The notes beneath the pieces were generated by a model, which was not told where the DNA came from, did not search any database, and was given only the letters and a program-made list of their open reading frames with translations. Below are positions 37,707 to 52,009 of a stretch of 64,000 nt of DNA, one piece after another. How positions within the stretch are numbered: the first letter of the stretch is position 1; every line of letters begins with the position of its first letter. Source of the stretch: Octopus sinensis. Taxonomy: Eukaryota. A program made the translations under genes and the position numbers. The stretch is from positions 5,890,001 to 5,954,000 of the forward strand of contig NC_043005.1 of NCBI RefSeq assembly GCF_006345805.1. The letters are read 5' to 3'.

Positions 37707-38917
37707 CCAACATTCCCCCATGTCCAGTAATCTCATTGACGTTATTTTACCTTCTTAATCTCCCGATCCGTCCATCCATCCTCACAGAACCAGTCCTCCT
37801 CCTCCTCCGCCGCCGCCAGAGTCATTAGATAAACATGACTCAGTTTCGATTTCCATTTGTAATCCGAGAGACTTCCCTTCGCTTAGGACGGACACTTCTT
37901 GGCTTGCATGGCAATGAGCATGCCTCCAGACGACATGCTAGAAATAACAACTAAATCTCCTCGAAAATCACTCTCTGTTGTCTTTAAAAAGGAATAGCGG
38001 GTTATGTGATATTACGTAATGTGGTCCCAGGTGGGTGAAGAGTCTAGAAAATAATAATAATGAAAATAAAGTTAAAATAATTGGCTTTGACTGGAATACT
38101 TTTATACTTCTGTTCATGGTCTGCTTGAGCATGTCTTACCAGGGGCTAAACAACAACAACAAAGCAAGGTCTCATTTGAACGCTACGTGTCCCATCGGCT
38201 GTTAAGAGAGTGGTGGTGGCGGTGGTGGCGGCGGAGGTGGTGGTGATGGTTGTGGCGGTGGTAGTAGTACTATAGATAAAATAGCTGAGTAGTTAACAGG
38301 AGAGATACGGTCGTGTAATGTATTTTTCACGTAGATAGCAGAATGATTAAGAAGTTCGCTTTGCAACCACGAAGACCCGTGTTCAATCCCATTGCGTGAT
38401 ATCTTCAGCAAATGCTATTTTCTTTAACCTCGGGCCTACCCATACATTCTGAGTGAAATTGGGTAAATGGAAACTACATGGAATCTTGTCGGGTGAATTG
38501 TACTTGCAATTTTAGATAGAATCGTGGTCTCACGTGGTGAAACCATTTAATAACGACTCTGTTCAGAAGGCTGGAATAAGCTATACGATGCGCCAGTTGG
38601 AAAAGAGAGAGACACAACCGAGTAGAATGTTTGAGAGGAGATTTATTGATATGTTAACATGTGTGTCTGTGCGTGCGTCAATGTATACAGAATAATAGAC
38701 AGGCCTTCGTGGGAACAAACTGTATGTGTGCATCGGTATGGTTGCATGCATGTGCGCCAAGTACATATAAGAATAGCAATGAAGGGGACAGCGAAAGACC
38801 CCTGGGCAACGGCCTTGTGTGCCCCTGTCTCAAGACGGCACTGCATATGACAGATAACCTTGGAAGTATACTGTTGTCACCACAAGTAATAAGCAAGAAA
38901 TAGGGCATATCAATATA

Positions 38918-39483
38918 TTGGGTTGTCCGGAAAGTTCGTGCCGATTTATAGTAGCTTACCTTTCGACTTATTTTAGAACATGGTTGAGTCCATAAAATGG
39001 GATTTGACTACACCTCCATTTGGAGCACAGTTTAAGCTATCTTTTCGTGTAAGAAGATTTATGTTCCTTTAACCTGTGTTAATTCTGTAACCCTTTAAAA
39101 TGGAAGATAAGACAGTTCATTTTCGGCACTTGATGCTTTGGGAACCAGACAAAAATTGATGCAGCTCGGTTGGGATGTGTTACCCCACCCTCCATATTCA
39201 CCAGAGATTGCTCCTTAGGATTTCCACTTATTCAGGTCTCTGCAGAATAGTCTTAATGGTAAAAATTTCAATTCCTTGGATGACGTAAAAAGATACTTTG
39301 ATGAATTCTTTGCCATGAAACCACCTCAATTCTGGGAAGAGGGTATTTTCAAGTTAAAGGAAATATGGAGATGCATTGTGCAACAAAATGGTTCATATTT
39401 GGTTGATTAAAAATGTATTGGCAAGTATTTATTGACCTTTTTCTTTCCTTTAAAAATCGGCACGAACTTTCCGGACAACCCAA
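38918..39483 (+). mobile_element. Internally deleted mariner (mellifera-like N-terminus), 566 bp
   Basis: Perfect ~30-bp TIRs (TTGGGTTGTCCGGAAAGTTCGTGCCGATTT) flanked by TA. MEDKTVHFRHLMLW (ATG 39100) is joined directly to TRQKLMQLGWDVLPHPPYSPEIAP*DFHLF. Confidence 0.93.
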
Positions 39484-39782
39484 TATCACGTATACACGTA
39501 GCAATTATAGTTTAACTTTTAGAGATTATTTTAGTGGCGAAACGGATTCCAGTTTTCTAATGAAAACATTTTTATTACCTTAAAATTAAATGAAACAAAT
39601 CTCTCGTTTGTACATTTGGAATGAATATATTACTTTTCTAAATTTGATCAACCTAATCGATATCTACTTCATCAAAAACCTATCTCTGCAAAATTTCATT
39701 AAAAAATGTATATTTTTTTCCAGAAAGTTATAAGAACACTCCTCCTGCACCTCTAATGTTAAGTTTCTCTATATTTCTCTTT

Positions 39783-39828
<46 letters not shown>

Positions 39829-40169
39829 ATCTCTCTTTTATTCTCTTTTCATCTCCTCTATGTAAAACGTGACAGAAGAAACCAGCCAGCCAACCAGCCA
39901 ACCAGCCAGCCAGCCAGCCAATATTTATATCGGCTGTTATTATACAAATACAATGACATCAACAACACCGTAAACAAAATCCCACTTTTTAAGCAAGCAT
40001 TTCCCAAACACAAACAAAACACACATATACACGCTATTAAACTCATATTCTGTAACGCAGATCAAATTAGCAAAGTGTGTGTGATTTGTATGATTTACAG
40101 TGTTGCATTGTAGATATTTAATATGTTCACTACACACAACTATAACGCACACAACTAGAGACAAACAGG

Positions 40170-40209
<40 letters not shown>

Positions 40210-40275
40210 GCGAGAGAGAAAGAAAGATAGCTAGCTAGCTAGATAGATAGATAGATACACACATATACACGTCTA

Positions 40276-41589
40276 TGAGGTACATTCCAGAAATTTTGAG
40301 ACTATTTTTTTAGGCGAGACAGCTAAAACTGTCTTAGATTGTTGCAATTTTAGTATATCATTACTATACATCTAATAAGCTGACCTGCCAACTTTTTATT
40401 CCAAATTGAAGGAGATGACTTTAACATCACTTTGAACACATCCTATTAAACACCACTCGTCACAGCTGACTTGTTTGCAGATTGTCGTCGAGATGGGAAG
40501 CCATTTCGGGAGCTGTTAAACTGTTAAACTGAACAAAAACACTACAGAAACATATGAAATGCTCCAGGCTACTTGTGGACTGACTTGCATGTGCCGAGCA
40601 TCTGTTTCTCGCTAGCACAAGCGGTTCAAGCACGGGAGACGGGAGGAAAGAGCCGATAAGATGTGTGGGAGGGAGAGGAACTTCAAAGCATCAGAGCTGA
40701 TTGAAAAAATTTGCAATTTTTCTAGATGAAGATTGTCGTGTGTCTGTAACGAAAATGAGCATACAGTTTGGTGTTGGCATGGAAACTGCATTGAATTATT
40801 CACGAAGATCTGAAAATGCGCAAAATTTGAGCAAAGTTTGTTGCTAAGGTGCACAGTGACGGACAAAAGGAAAGACGCGTCGGTGACGTGATTGAGCTCA
40901 TTACTTCCAACTGAATGTAGCTGAGTCTCTGGCGACCTGTGATAAAAGCTGGATTTATTGTTATGATCCAGTGACCAAGTGACAGAGTGCCCGATGGAAG
41001 CATCCGGACTTCCCCAAACCCAAGAGGGACTCAAGGCGAAGCAAGTCTACCGGGAAGTTTATGATGTTTCCTTTTCTAACAGCAAGGGCATAATCTACCT
41101 CTACTGGGTTCCCTTTGACCAGTAGGTCAACAGAGAGTATTTTGTGAAGGTTCTGAGGGAGTTCAGGAAGAGATTTCGTTGCAAAAGGCCAGAGCTGTAC
41201 CACTCGGGTCAGTGGCACCTTCATCAGAGCAATGCACTAATTCGCAAAATCCACCCTACAGAGATGGGTACCAAAACTATCCTTTACCCTCCTTGCACTC
41301 AAGACCTTGCTCCCTGTGATTTTTAGTTGTTTCCCCTGAGCTGAAAAATATCTCAGGACCAGTCGTTTTGGAAACACTGAGCTGAAGGAAGCTGTGACAA
41401 GGGTCATGAAACTTTCACTTTGGAGGGTTTGCATGGGGCCTTCACAAAGTGGCTGGGGCGCCACAACAAGTGCATTGAAGTCAGAGGATCCTGCTGTGAA
41501 AGAGATTAGCCTTTTGTGCTTCTTTGAAATTAATAAATGACTCATCTAAAAAAAAAAAAATAATTGCCAAAATTCTGGAATGCACCTCG
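40276..41589 (+). mobile_element. Degenerate full-length mariner transposon
   Basis: Imperfect TIRs TGAGGTACATTCCAGAA / TTCTGGAATGCACCTCG with TA flanks. Remnants TETYEMLQ..HKRFKHGR, TCDKSWIYCYDP, YPPCTQDLAPCDF. Many stops and frameshifts. Confidence 0.88.
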
Positions 41590-41797
41590 TATATATGTAT
41601 ATACAAATATAAACAAACAGACAAACGGACAGACAGACAGATTTGACAAATGGATAAACAGAGGGAGGGAGGGTGGGAAGTAGAGTTGTTTATCACATTG
41701 AATATGAAAATATTTATTAATTACCTAGATACCTACTGATGCGGTTGGTTGATTTTCTCACGGAGACTCAAGAGTTTCTTGTCTGTCTAATGAGGTT

Positions 41798-41799
<2 letters not shown>

Positions 41800-41883
<84 letters not shown>

Positions 41884-41899
41884 ATATATATATATACGC

Positions 41900-41990
<91 letters not shown>

Positions 41991-41991
41991 C

Positions 41992-42069
<78 letters not shown>

Positions 42070-42116
42070 ATATACATATATACATGTATATATGTATATA
42101 TATATATATGTATATA

Positions 42117-42172
<56 letters not shown>

Positions 42173-42175
42173 ACA
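41800..42175. repeat. (TA)n array
   Basis: Direct reading; many other (TA)n, (CA)n and (GA)n runs throughout. Confidence 0.97.
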
Positions 42176-42465
42176 CACACACAACACACACTCATAGTTA
42201 TATATATAATATGGCTTTTTTTGTTGGTTGTGACAGTTGACATGTCTCAATTTCAACGCCTTCTTCATATTCTGACATGTGATGAAAGGCGCATTCTTGC
42301 CGTGACCATCCCAACATTTTGGAGGCATTTAGGACTACATTATCTAATGTGTCATTTCTGCCGTTTGTAAAGTCATTTTTCATTTTTTGAAGATGGGTGG
42401 TATTTCAGGGTTGACATAATCAACTAGAAGCCTTGAAAGAGAACCCTTTTCATAGCTGCACGAAA

Positions 42466-43736
42466 GGGTCGTCAAGTATGAAATTTGTAGAAAAAAAAAG
42501 TTTGCTAATGTTTTATAAATACAAAGAATAGTTTTATTCATCAAAGTATGGACCCATATTGTCAATACACTTTTGCCATTTCAGTGGTAGCTTGTCCAGC
42601 CCGGAACTGTAAAAGCCTAGCAATCCTGAGTCAATAAAATCTTGAAAGGCCTGTTTCACAGCATCGTCGGAATTAAATTTTTTTCCAATCAAAAAGTTAT
42701 CCAAATTCTGGAAGAAGTGATAGTCAATGGGGGCAAAATCAGGTGAGAGTATGGCGGATGATAGAGAACTTCCAATTCCAACTCCTGTAGTTTCGCCAGT
42801 GTCATTTTTGCGATGCATGGTCTGGCGTTGTCTTGTAATAAAGTAGGAGTGGATCTGTTGACTAATCTAGGGTGTTTTTTTGTAAGTTTCTGCATCATTT
42901 GGTCCAGTTGACTGCAGTATACTTCGGCCGTGATTGATGAGCCAGGTTTAAAGAAATCATAATGGATCACACCTGTGCCGGACCACTAAATACACACCAT
43001 CAGCTTCTTTTGATGAATTTTATTTTTTGGACTATGTTTTGGTGGATCGTCTTTGTCCAACCATTGTGCTGGACGTTTACGGTTGTTGTAATGGATCTAT
43101 TTCTCATCAACATGTTACAAATCAATTCAGAAATGATTCATTTTTGAGACGAGAAAGTAGCATAATGCAGGCTTTCAAACGTTGCTGTTTCTGATTTTCA
43201 TTGAGTTCATGTGAAACCTACTTATCCAACTTTTTCATTTTACCGATTTGAACTAGGTGAGTCAATATTATTTGCTTGTTAATACCAAACAACAACGATA
43301 ATTCACGAGCACTTTGAGATGGATCTAACTCGACGGTAGCTTTCAGTTCGCCATTATCCACCTTTGTTTCTGGTCGACCGCGTTGCTCATTTATGAGGTC
43401 AAAATTACCAGAACGAAATTTTGGAAACCAATTTGATATTGTTTGCTGCTTAATAACATTAGAATGAAATACTCCATTAATATTCTGTGATGTATTTCCC
43501 AAAAAGAACTCATATTTCAAAACTGTATGAATTTCCGACTTATCCATCTCTAAACAAAAATAACAAAAAACGATTTATAAATACTTTATAAAGTGCAAAA
43601 TGAGTTAGTATAAAGAAATAGATGTGTCAGTTTTCTAACAAAAAATAAAGATTGTCAAAATATAATAATGGCGCAAAATGAGCAGGTGTCAAAGTTTATC
43701 ATATACCTTACTATAAATTTCATACTCGACGACTTA

Positions 43737-43738
<2 letters not shown>
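42466..43738 (-). mobile_element. Degenerate mariner (Hsmar1/cecropia-like)
   Basis: TIR-like GTCGTC(A/G)AGTATGAAATTT at both ends. ORF pieces MDKSEIHTVLKYEF..GRPETKVDN..KLDK, LLQDNARP..HPPYS and SPDFAPIDYHFFQNLDNFL span 42534-43547. Confidence 0.9.
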
Positions 43739-43802
<64 letters not shown>

Positions 43803-43829
43803 TATATACACACACACACCACACACACA

Positions 43830-43889
<60 letters not shown>

Positions 43890-43893
<4 letters not shown>

Positions 43894-44600
43894 ACTCGGT
43901 TCAGTTATCAGACTGCGGAATTTATAGTCGAATGTATTGATCCCGATACTTTTTTAAAGCCTGGTAATTATTCTATCGATCGCTTTTGTTGAACCGCTAA
44001 GTTTCAGGCCATAAGCACACGAACATCTGTTATCAAGCGGTGGAGGTGGGGGACAAAGAGACACACATTCATAGATATACACACACACACACATACATAC
44101 ATACATACATACATACATACATACATACATACATACATACATACATACAGACAGACAGACAGACAGACACACACACACACACACATACACACTCACACAC
44201 ACACACACACTCACACATACATATATATAGGTAGTGGGGGCTCCGAAAAGGATCTCAGTTTTCCACCACATTTCTTAAAAATCGTGGTAGAGGCCTTGGT
44301 CTTGGGGCCACTCATGTCTAGAAACTGAGGTTGGGGGTAAGCAAGGGAATGCTCCCCGTAGAAAATCCAGCTCCAAAAAAGCCTTATGATAGCAAAGGAG
44401 AATGGTTACCAGCTAGCCCAAAGGTTGGGGTGGGCTGCACCTGCATACCCCGGTTGCTATGGCATTTAGGTAGATCCGGCCACCCCCGTTAACGGGGACA
44501 AAACCCGGATTTAAACACTGGATGATGATGATGATGATATATACAAGATTCTTTCAGTTTCCGTCTACCAAATCTACTCACAAGGCTTTGTTCGGCCTGC
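43890..44600 (-). mobile_element. SINE family C split by microsatellites and by an element with a (GAT)n tail (44230-44537, +)
   Basis: 3' module at 43890-44050, 5' module at 44540-44600; the insert ends TTTAAACACTG(GAT)n. Confidence 0.65.
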
Positions 44601-44860
44601 ATACACACGTTTGATTTTTCTTCTTTATTTCTTTCCGGTACTTTCCTAACAAAAAGGTCTGATAGACGCACAAAGTAATAGCATACGCATGATGCAAGTC
44701 TGAGGAAGTGACTCTCCAATGCCTAAAACCGCATATATTACGTAATATTTTTTTAGAATTTTCACGTAAACTCGCATTGTAAATGGAGATGGTACGAAAA
44801 CATTTGTAACTTATAATTAAAGATGTGTTAAAGAATTTTCTTTGCTTTCTTCTTTTCATT

Positions 44861-44940
<80 letters not shown>

Positions 44941-45339
44941 GTGACTCGTTGTACTCAATTGAAACAGCATTAATTTAAAATCCCCATCTATGCATCATAT
45001 TAAATGTGCACACACCGTTAGAAGGCATGAAACTGTGGACTTGTCAGAGATAAAATCTCTTCATAAACACGTTGTGTTAAAAGCTCAACGAACATCGCCG
45101 CTGCTGCAGTGACTCACACGAATCACACACACGCGTTTCGCCATTGTTGACTCTTGTCAATACCGTGCACTCCATAGTCACCTGCATAAAACGCGATCCA
45201 TGCCTCGATTTATAGGAAACTGGGAATAATACATTGACTGTCGTCTTCGTGAATCACCACAACGACGACGTTTGTCACGCTCTGATATACATACACACAC
45301 ACACACACATATATCACCGTGATCACCGTGATGTTATCA

Positions 45340-45589
45340 GATGTTGCTACACATCGCTGGTCACAATGCGATGTTTTAGCCTTCAAATGACGCCACCCCG
45401 CTGGCTAGCGAGCAGGCCAACAGAAGAAAGAGTGAGAGAAAGTTTGTGGCGAAAGTGTACAGCAGGGGTCGCCTTCGTGGATCTGTAGGTGTTTCCGATC
45501 AATAAACACTCACAACGCCCGGTCTGGGAATCGAAACCGCGATCCTAAGACTGCGAGTCCGCTGCCCTCACCACTGAGCCATTGCGCCT

Positions 45590-45594
<5 letters not shown>
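45340..45594 (-). mobile_element. SINE family A head with a third body type
   Basis: Head identical in type to 5000-5153; body GATGTTGCTACACATCGCTGGTCACAATGCG (plus-strand text). Confidence 0.8.
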
Positions 45595-45642
<48 letters not shown>

Positions 45643-45681
45643 ACACACACACAACACACACACACACACACATATATATAT

Positions 45682-45894
45682 TCAAAATGTGACCGCGTGT
45701 GTACCGTTGGCGATTTTTTTCCTCTGTCTTCCCTTCTCTGGATCTTTCCTTTTCCTATGTTTCTGACGAAGAGCTCCGCTCGAAACGTTAAACCCTCCTT
45801 CTTCCTTTCCTTCCTGAGCGTCCAATAATACTATATTTGTTCCACGTCCCCGCGTTGTTGTGTTTTCTCTTTGTGTTTTCATGTTTGGATTAAC
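45682..45894 (+). mobile_element. Non-autonomous hammerhead-bearing mini-element, copy 2 (core retained)
   Basis: GTTT-CTGACGA-A-GAGC TCC GCTC-GAA-ACGT-T-AAAC at 45759-45793; (TA)n flanks. Confidence 0.8.
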
Positions 45895-45900
45895 TATATA

Positions 45901-46003
<103 letters not shown>

Positions 46004-46274
46004 GCGGGTGGGTAGGTAGGTAGTGTGTTTTAATACTACAAGTCTATGGAGAGATTTTATCTCAGATAATTCCACAGCATCATGCCTTCTAACAGTACGC
46101 ATACATTTAGCATGACACATACACAAACATGCATACACACACATACACACACACACACACATATATATATCACGGTATCGATCAGACTATCGGATGTTGT
46201 TATACATCGCTGGTCACAATACGCTTCCTCGCATTGTTTTAGCATTCAAATGTCCAACCCCTGCCGGCTGACTG

Positions 46275-46607
46275 AAGGCGCATGGCTCAGTGGTTAGAGC
46301 GTCAAGCTTACGATCGTGAGGTTGTGCGTTCGAATTCCGGACCGGGCTGCGTGTTGTGTTTTTGAGCAAGACACTTTATTTCACATTGCTCCAGTTCACT
46401 CAGCTGTAGAAATAAGTAGCGACGTCACAGGTGCCAAGCTGTATCAGCCTTTGTCTTTCCCTTGGATAACACTGGTAGCGTGGAGAGGGGAGGCCGGTGT
46501 GCATGGGCGACTGCTGGTCTTCCATAAACAACCCCGCCCGGATTTGTGCCTGGGAAGGTAACTTTCTAGGTGCAATCCCATGGTCAGTCATGACCGAAGG
46601 GGGTTTC
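46275..46607 (+). mobile_element. tRNA-derived SINE family D with CORE-like central domain
   Basis: GGCGCATGGCTCAGTGGTTAGAGCG..GTTCGAATTCC then TTGAGCAAGACACTT..GCTCCAGTTCACTCAGCTG; partial copy at 7630-7810. Confidence 0.82.
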
Positions 46608-46879
46608 AGCATATATAGCTCTTGGTTTTGGGTAACAGAAAATACAGGAGGATCAGTCAATTGTGATTTTATTCAACATATTCCCCCCTCAGATTCACAC
46701 ACTTACTGCAACAGACCTTCAGTTTTTCTAAGCTCTGTAAAAGAACTCGGTAGGTTGGGCCTCCAACCAGGCTTTTCGCGATACCCTTGAAGCCAAGAAC
46801 TTTTCAGCATCCCCTCGTATGTGTGTGTGTGTGTGTATTTATACGTGCATACATTTTGGTTTCAAATTTTGCCATAATT

Positions 46880-47196
46880 TATTTTATCAACCCAAAGATG
46901 ATGAAAGGCAAAGTCGACCTCGGTTGAATTTGAACTCACAACGTAACGGCAGATGAAATACCTATTTCTTTACTACCCACAATGGGCTAAACACAGGGGG
47001 GACAAACAAGGACAGACAAAAGGATTAAGTCGATTATATCGACCCCAGTGCGTAACTGATACTTAATTTATCGACCCCGAAAGGATGAAAGGCAAAGTCG
47101 ACCTCGGCGGAATTTGAATCCAGATCGTAGCGGCAGACGAAATACCGCTTAGCATTTCGCCCGGCGTGCTAACGATTCTGCCAGCTCACCGCCTTA
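46880..47196 (-). mobile_element. Dimeric SINE family B
   Basis: Same junction as 10492-10890; further minus-strand B copies at 14856-15000, 47905-48075 and 57290-57455. Confidence 0.82.
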
Positions 47197-48134
47197 ACAC
47201 ATGTTAGTATTGGTAACCGAGTGACTGACTCACCTGGACAATAAAACTTATTGAGCCTCGCTTACTCATTTTATTGATTAATTTACTTCCACAGACACAA
47301 TTCTTCATTTAGAGCTATTTATGTTTAGTCCAAGGTGGACCTAGGTATTTCGCTATGCGTGTTTCACTTAACAGATATTTGGTGGTATCTGTCACCTTCG
47401 CATCTATGTTTCGTTGTTGTCTTCCCTCTGACAGAATGTTCCTCTCTTTCACGGATTTGACATCAAATTTTGCTGACGGTTCCATATCGCCACGCTATCT
47501 TATTAAACTGTGTGGGTAGGTACGAGTGGTGGTGAAGCTAACGGACCCTGGCTGACCACTCTTGGATCAGATGGACAACGAATATTGTGACATTCATGCT
47601 TTCTCGAAGGTATTAACGACACCACATTCAGCGAATAGAAATTTTCATGACATCCTTCAATGAAGACGCGACAACTGAAAGACAAAGACACACACACACA
47701 CACACACACACACAGAAGCCTCTCAACAGTTGCATGACCTACTAAGAATAATAGCTGAATTCCTTCAGATTACTCCCTCCTATTTCTTTTCAAAAAAAAT
47801 CATAAATGTTAAAGTTACGGAAATTAGCGCAAACACAGACGGTTGTGGAGAGGAAACGATTCAAAAATCCTCAAAGATATAATAATTATTCCAAATGTTG
47901 GCTCAAGGTCAGCAATTTCGGGAGAGGGAATAAGTGATCAACTTATTTTATCGACCCCAAAAGGATGAAAGGCAAAGTCGACCTCGGCGGAATTTGAACT
48001 CAGAACGTAACGGCAGACGAAATACTGCCAAGCATTTCGTCCGACACGCTAACGATTCTGTCAGCTCACCGTAAAGCATTTTCCCCGGTGCAGTGACGAT
48101 TCTGGCAACTTGTCACCTTAGTCTTAAAGATATC

Positions 48135-48178
<44 letters not shown>

Positions 48179-48429
48179 AGGGCAAAAAAATGGTGTTTCA
48201 AAAAAATGTCATTGTCATTACAATCGTACTCTACATCTTCGAAAACATGTCTCTGGCAAGTTTTATGTGATTTTATGAAAAAAGAAAATGAATTTTTACG
48301 TAAGCTATGAGGAAACAAATTAGAGGGCGGGGCACCAATCAGGAGTCGTGTCCAATCGATTAATTCTTTCACACGCCCGAATCGGCAGAGAAACTTACTC
48401 AACTTACTCATTCACCATTGTTAGTGTGT

Positions 48430-48502
<73 letters not shown>

Positions 48503-48589
48503 ATCTCTAAAGGTATCTAGTGAAAGACATTCTTATGTCTGTTTGCATTTACACGTATCTACGTGTCACCTTTGGCTGCACTCGAGCAC

Positions 48590-49311
48590 CTGTTTGTATG
48601 TACGTATGTATGTATGTATGTGTGTATGTATGTATATATGTATCTATGTATGAATGTATGTATGTATGTATGTATGAATGTATGTATGAATGTATGTATG
48701 TATGTATGTATATATGTATGTATGTATGAATGTATGTATGTATGTATGTATGTATGTATGAATGTATGTATGTATGTATGTATGTATGTATGTATGTATG
48801 AATGTATGTATGTATGTATGTATGTATGTATGTATGTATGTATGTATGTATGTATGTATGAATGTATGTATGTATGAATGTATGTATGTATGTATATATG
48901 TATATATGTATATATGTATGTATGTATGTATGAATGTATGTATGTATGTATGTATATATGTATGTATGTATGAATGTATGTATGTATGTATGTATGTATG
49001 TATGTATATATGTATATATGTATGTATGTATGTATGTATATATGTATGTATGTATGTATGTATGAATGTATGTATGTATGTATGTATGTATGTATGTATG
49101 AATGTATGTATGTATGTATGTATGTATGTATGTATGAATGTATGTATGTATGTATATATGTATATATGTATGTATGTATGTATGTATATATGTATGTATG
49201 TATGTATGTATGAATGTATGTATGTATGTATGTATGTATGTATGTATGTATGAATGTATGTATGTATGTATGTATGTATGATGTATGTATGTATGTATGT
49301 ATGTATATATG

Positions 49312-49342
<31 letters not shown>

Positions 49343-49405
49343 ATATGTATGTATATATGTATGTATGTATGTATGAATGTATGTATGTATGTATGTATGT
49401 ATGTA
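48590..49405. repeat. (TATG)n array, ~800 bp, with TGAA variants
   Basis: Direct reading; other TACA arrays at 30840-30960, 32300-32700, 56875-56945, 60960-61200. Confidence 0.97.
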
Positions 49406-49570
49406 TGTCTCAGTCGGTGTCTCTCTCTCTCTTTCTGTCAGACTGGTTGTCTGTCAGCCTCTCTCTCTCTCTGTCTCTATTAGTCGATCGCTGTCTATCT
49501 ATTTCTTTCCTTCCCTCTCTATGCATACATACATATGTATAATATATATATATAGGTATGTCTATCTATG

Positions 49571-49646
<76 letters not shown>

Positions 49647-50013
49647 GTTATGTATGTAGTGTGTGTATGTGTATGTATACACATGTATATCCAGTTTCAT
49701 ACATATGTGAGAGAGAAAGAGGGGGAAGCGAGTGAGCGTGTGTATGTGTGTTTGTATCTATGTCTGCCTGTGCATATAAACACACTTTTTATATATGCAC
49801 ACTTTTATGATTTTTCTCTTACATAAAAAGAACACCCCCCTCCACTCCTCTCCAGTCCCCCACCACACTGCCTTCCACACAAACTCCAGGGATTCTTTTC
49901 TTCTTTCTAAGATAAGGATAGATTTGCAGGGGCTCAGACAAGCAGTTGAAGCAAAGGGAGACGGAATAAAATTCCTGTAATATATATATACATCGCAATA
50001 TATATTATATATA

Positions 50014-50054
<41 letters not shown>

Positions 50055-50674
50055 CAAACACACACACATGCATAGACACATAAGAGAAGGAACGGAAGAG
50101 GAGAGAGAGGGGAGATTGATATTAGAGGTGAAGATAAGGGAAGCAGGATAGAAATGATATCGCGAAAAGCTAGAATTAAAGAATGAAAGAAAAAACAGAT
50201 CGTTTGGCTGTTGTAGGGTTTGGAGGAGGAGGAAGAGGAGGAAGAGGAGGAAGAGGAGGAAGAGGAGGAAGAGGAGGAAGAGGAGGAAGAGGAGGAGGGG
50301 GAGGAGGAGGAGGAGAAGGAGAAGGAGAAGGAGAAGAAGAAGGAGAAGAAGAAGAAGAAGACGAAGGGTGTAGAGGAAACGAACAGAAAAGAGAAAAATT
50401 TGAGAAGGTATGCACACATACACACACACATATTCACTTGCAGCTCCTTTTTCTCATTGCTTATGTCCCTCTCCTCTCTTTTTTTCTCTCTCTGTACATA
50501 CATACATACTTACATACATACATACACATACATATGTATATATGCATATATACATATATGCATCCGTTTGTCTTTTTGTTCGTCTCTTCGTGTATTTCAC
50601 GTTATTTATTTATGTAAAGGTTTATTATATATATATATATATATGCATATATATATATATATGCATATATATAT

Positions 50675-50736
<62 letters not shown>

Positions 50737-51670
50737 TGTATGTATGTGTATTTAAAAAATTCAAGTAAAGTAATACATAAAAACACTTTAACAGTGACAA
50801 TAACAAAGACTTCGAAGTCACTGTCAACCTCTGTAAAAATGTTATATATATATGTGTGTGTGTGTGTGTGCGTAATATACCTCTGGATGTTTACTATATC
50901 ACCATGTTAACCCACATGGATCTCCGCAGGATTACACCTAAGGACTTCTGCTCTTGTTCCTACACTGGAGAGTTGAACTCTGAACTGTTATGCTTCTTCT
51001 TTCTTCTTTCTCTCCATCTCCTTATTCTTTTACTCCCTTCCTCTATGTCGTCATCTCATTAATATATACCATTCTCATTTTCCCTATTTCCCCCTATTTG
51101 TCTCTGATGACGGAATATCCCATACTCGGGGATATCCCAGAAAGAGCTGTAAGATTTTGAATTCCTTCCGTTAATAATATTGTATACGACTTGAGATGTT
51201 TGCCTTGCCTTAATGTTTGACGACCTGTTTAACAATTACATACATACATACATACATACGTTTTTACCCCTCTGCGAAGTAATTTTATTTAATTTCTTCG
51301 CAGGAAGGATTAGTTCCACGAGTCGTGTTCTGTCCTCACCTTCGAAACACGCTGGAGTTGAACTAGGGACAGCTGATGAAGGGGATTTTTCCTTGTGTAG
51401 TTTGTCTTGTACTCTGTTTTTTTCGTTTAGGTCCGTTTCCACGTTTGTTTTTACGTTTTCGTTTCTCGTTGAGTTCTACGTCTATTTGTGGTGTCCTGTA
51501 CTCACGTATATATATTTATATATGCATGTATATATACATGTAGATGTAGGTGGTACATATATGTATGTATGTATGCATATATTTTATTTATTACACTATT
51601 GTATGACTGAGCGCCCTCGCATCGATTCGATTCGTTTTCGTTTCGTTTCATCTCCTCCAAGTAAGTTTTG

Positions 51671-51711
<41 letters not shown>

Positions 51712-51976
51712 TACATTAAAAGGACCCTAAATAAAGAAGCAAGTACTAGATACACAAAACTGCAGTACAAGATTAGCTGAGTTGGTAAACGTTTTTGAAT
51801 TTCATTCCATTTCGAGAATTTATCCCCCTTTTTGTGTATCTAGTACTTGCTTCTTTATTTAGGGGCCTTTTAATGTACTTATATATGAATAACATATAGT
51901 CTAACGACTAATTTGTCTTTTGTTCTAGATCACTGGTAATAATAATTTATTTTATTACCCTATTTACTATGTTTAA

Positions 51977-52009
<33 letters not shown>

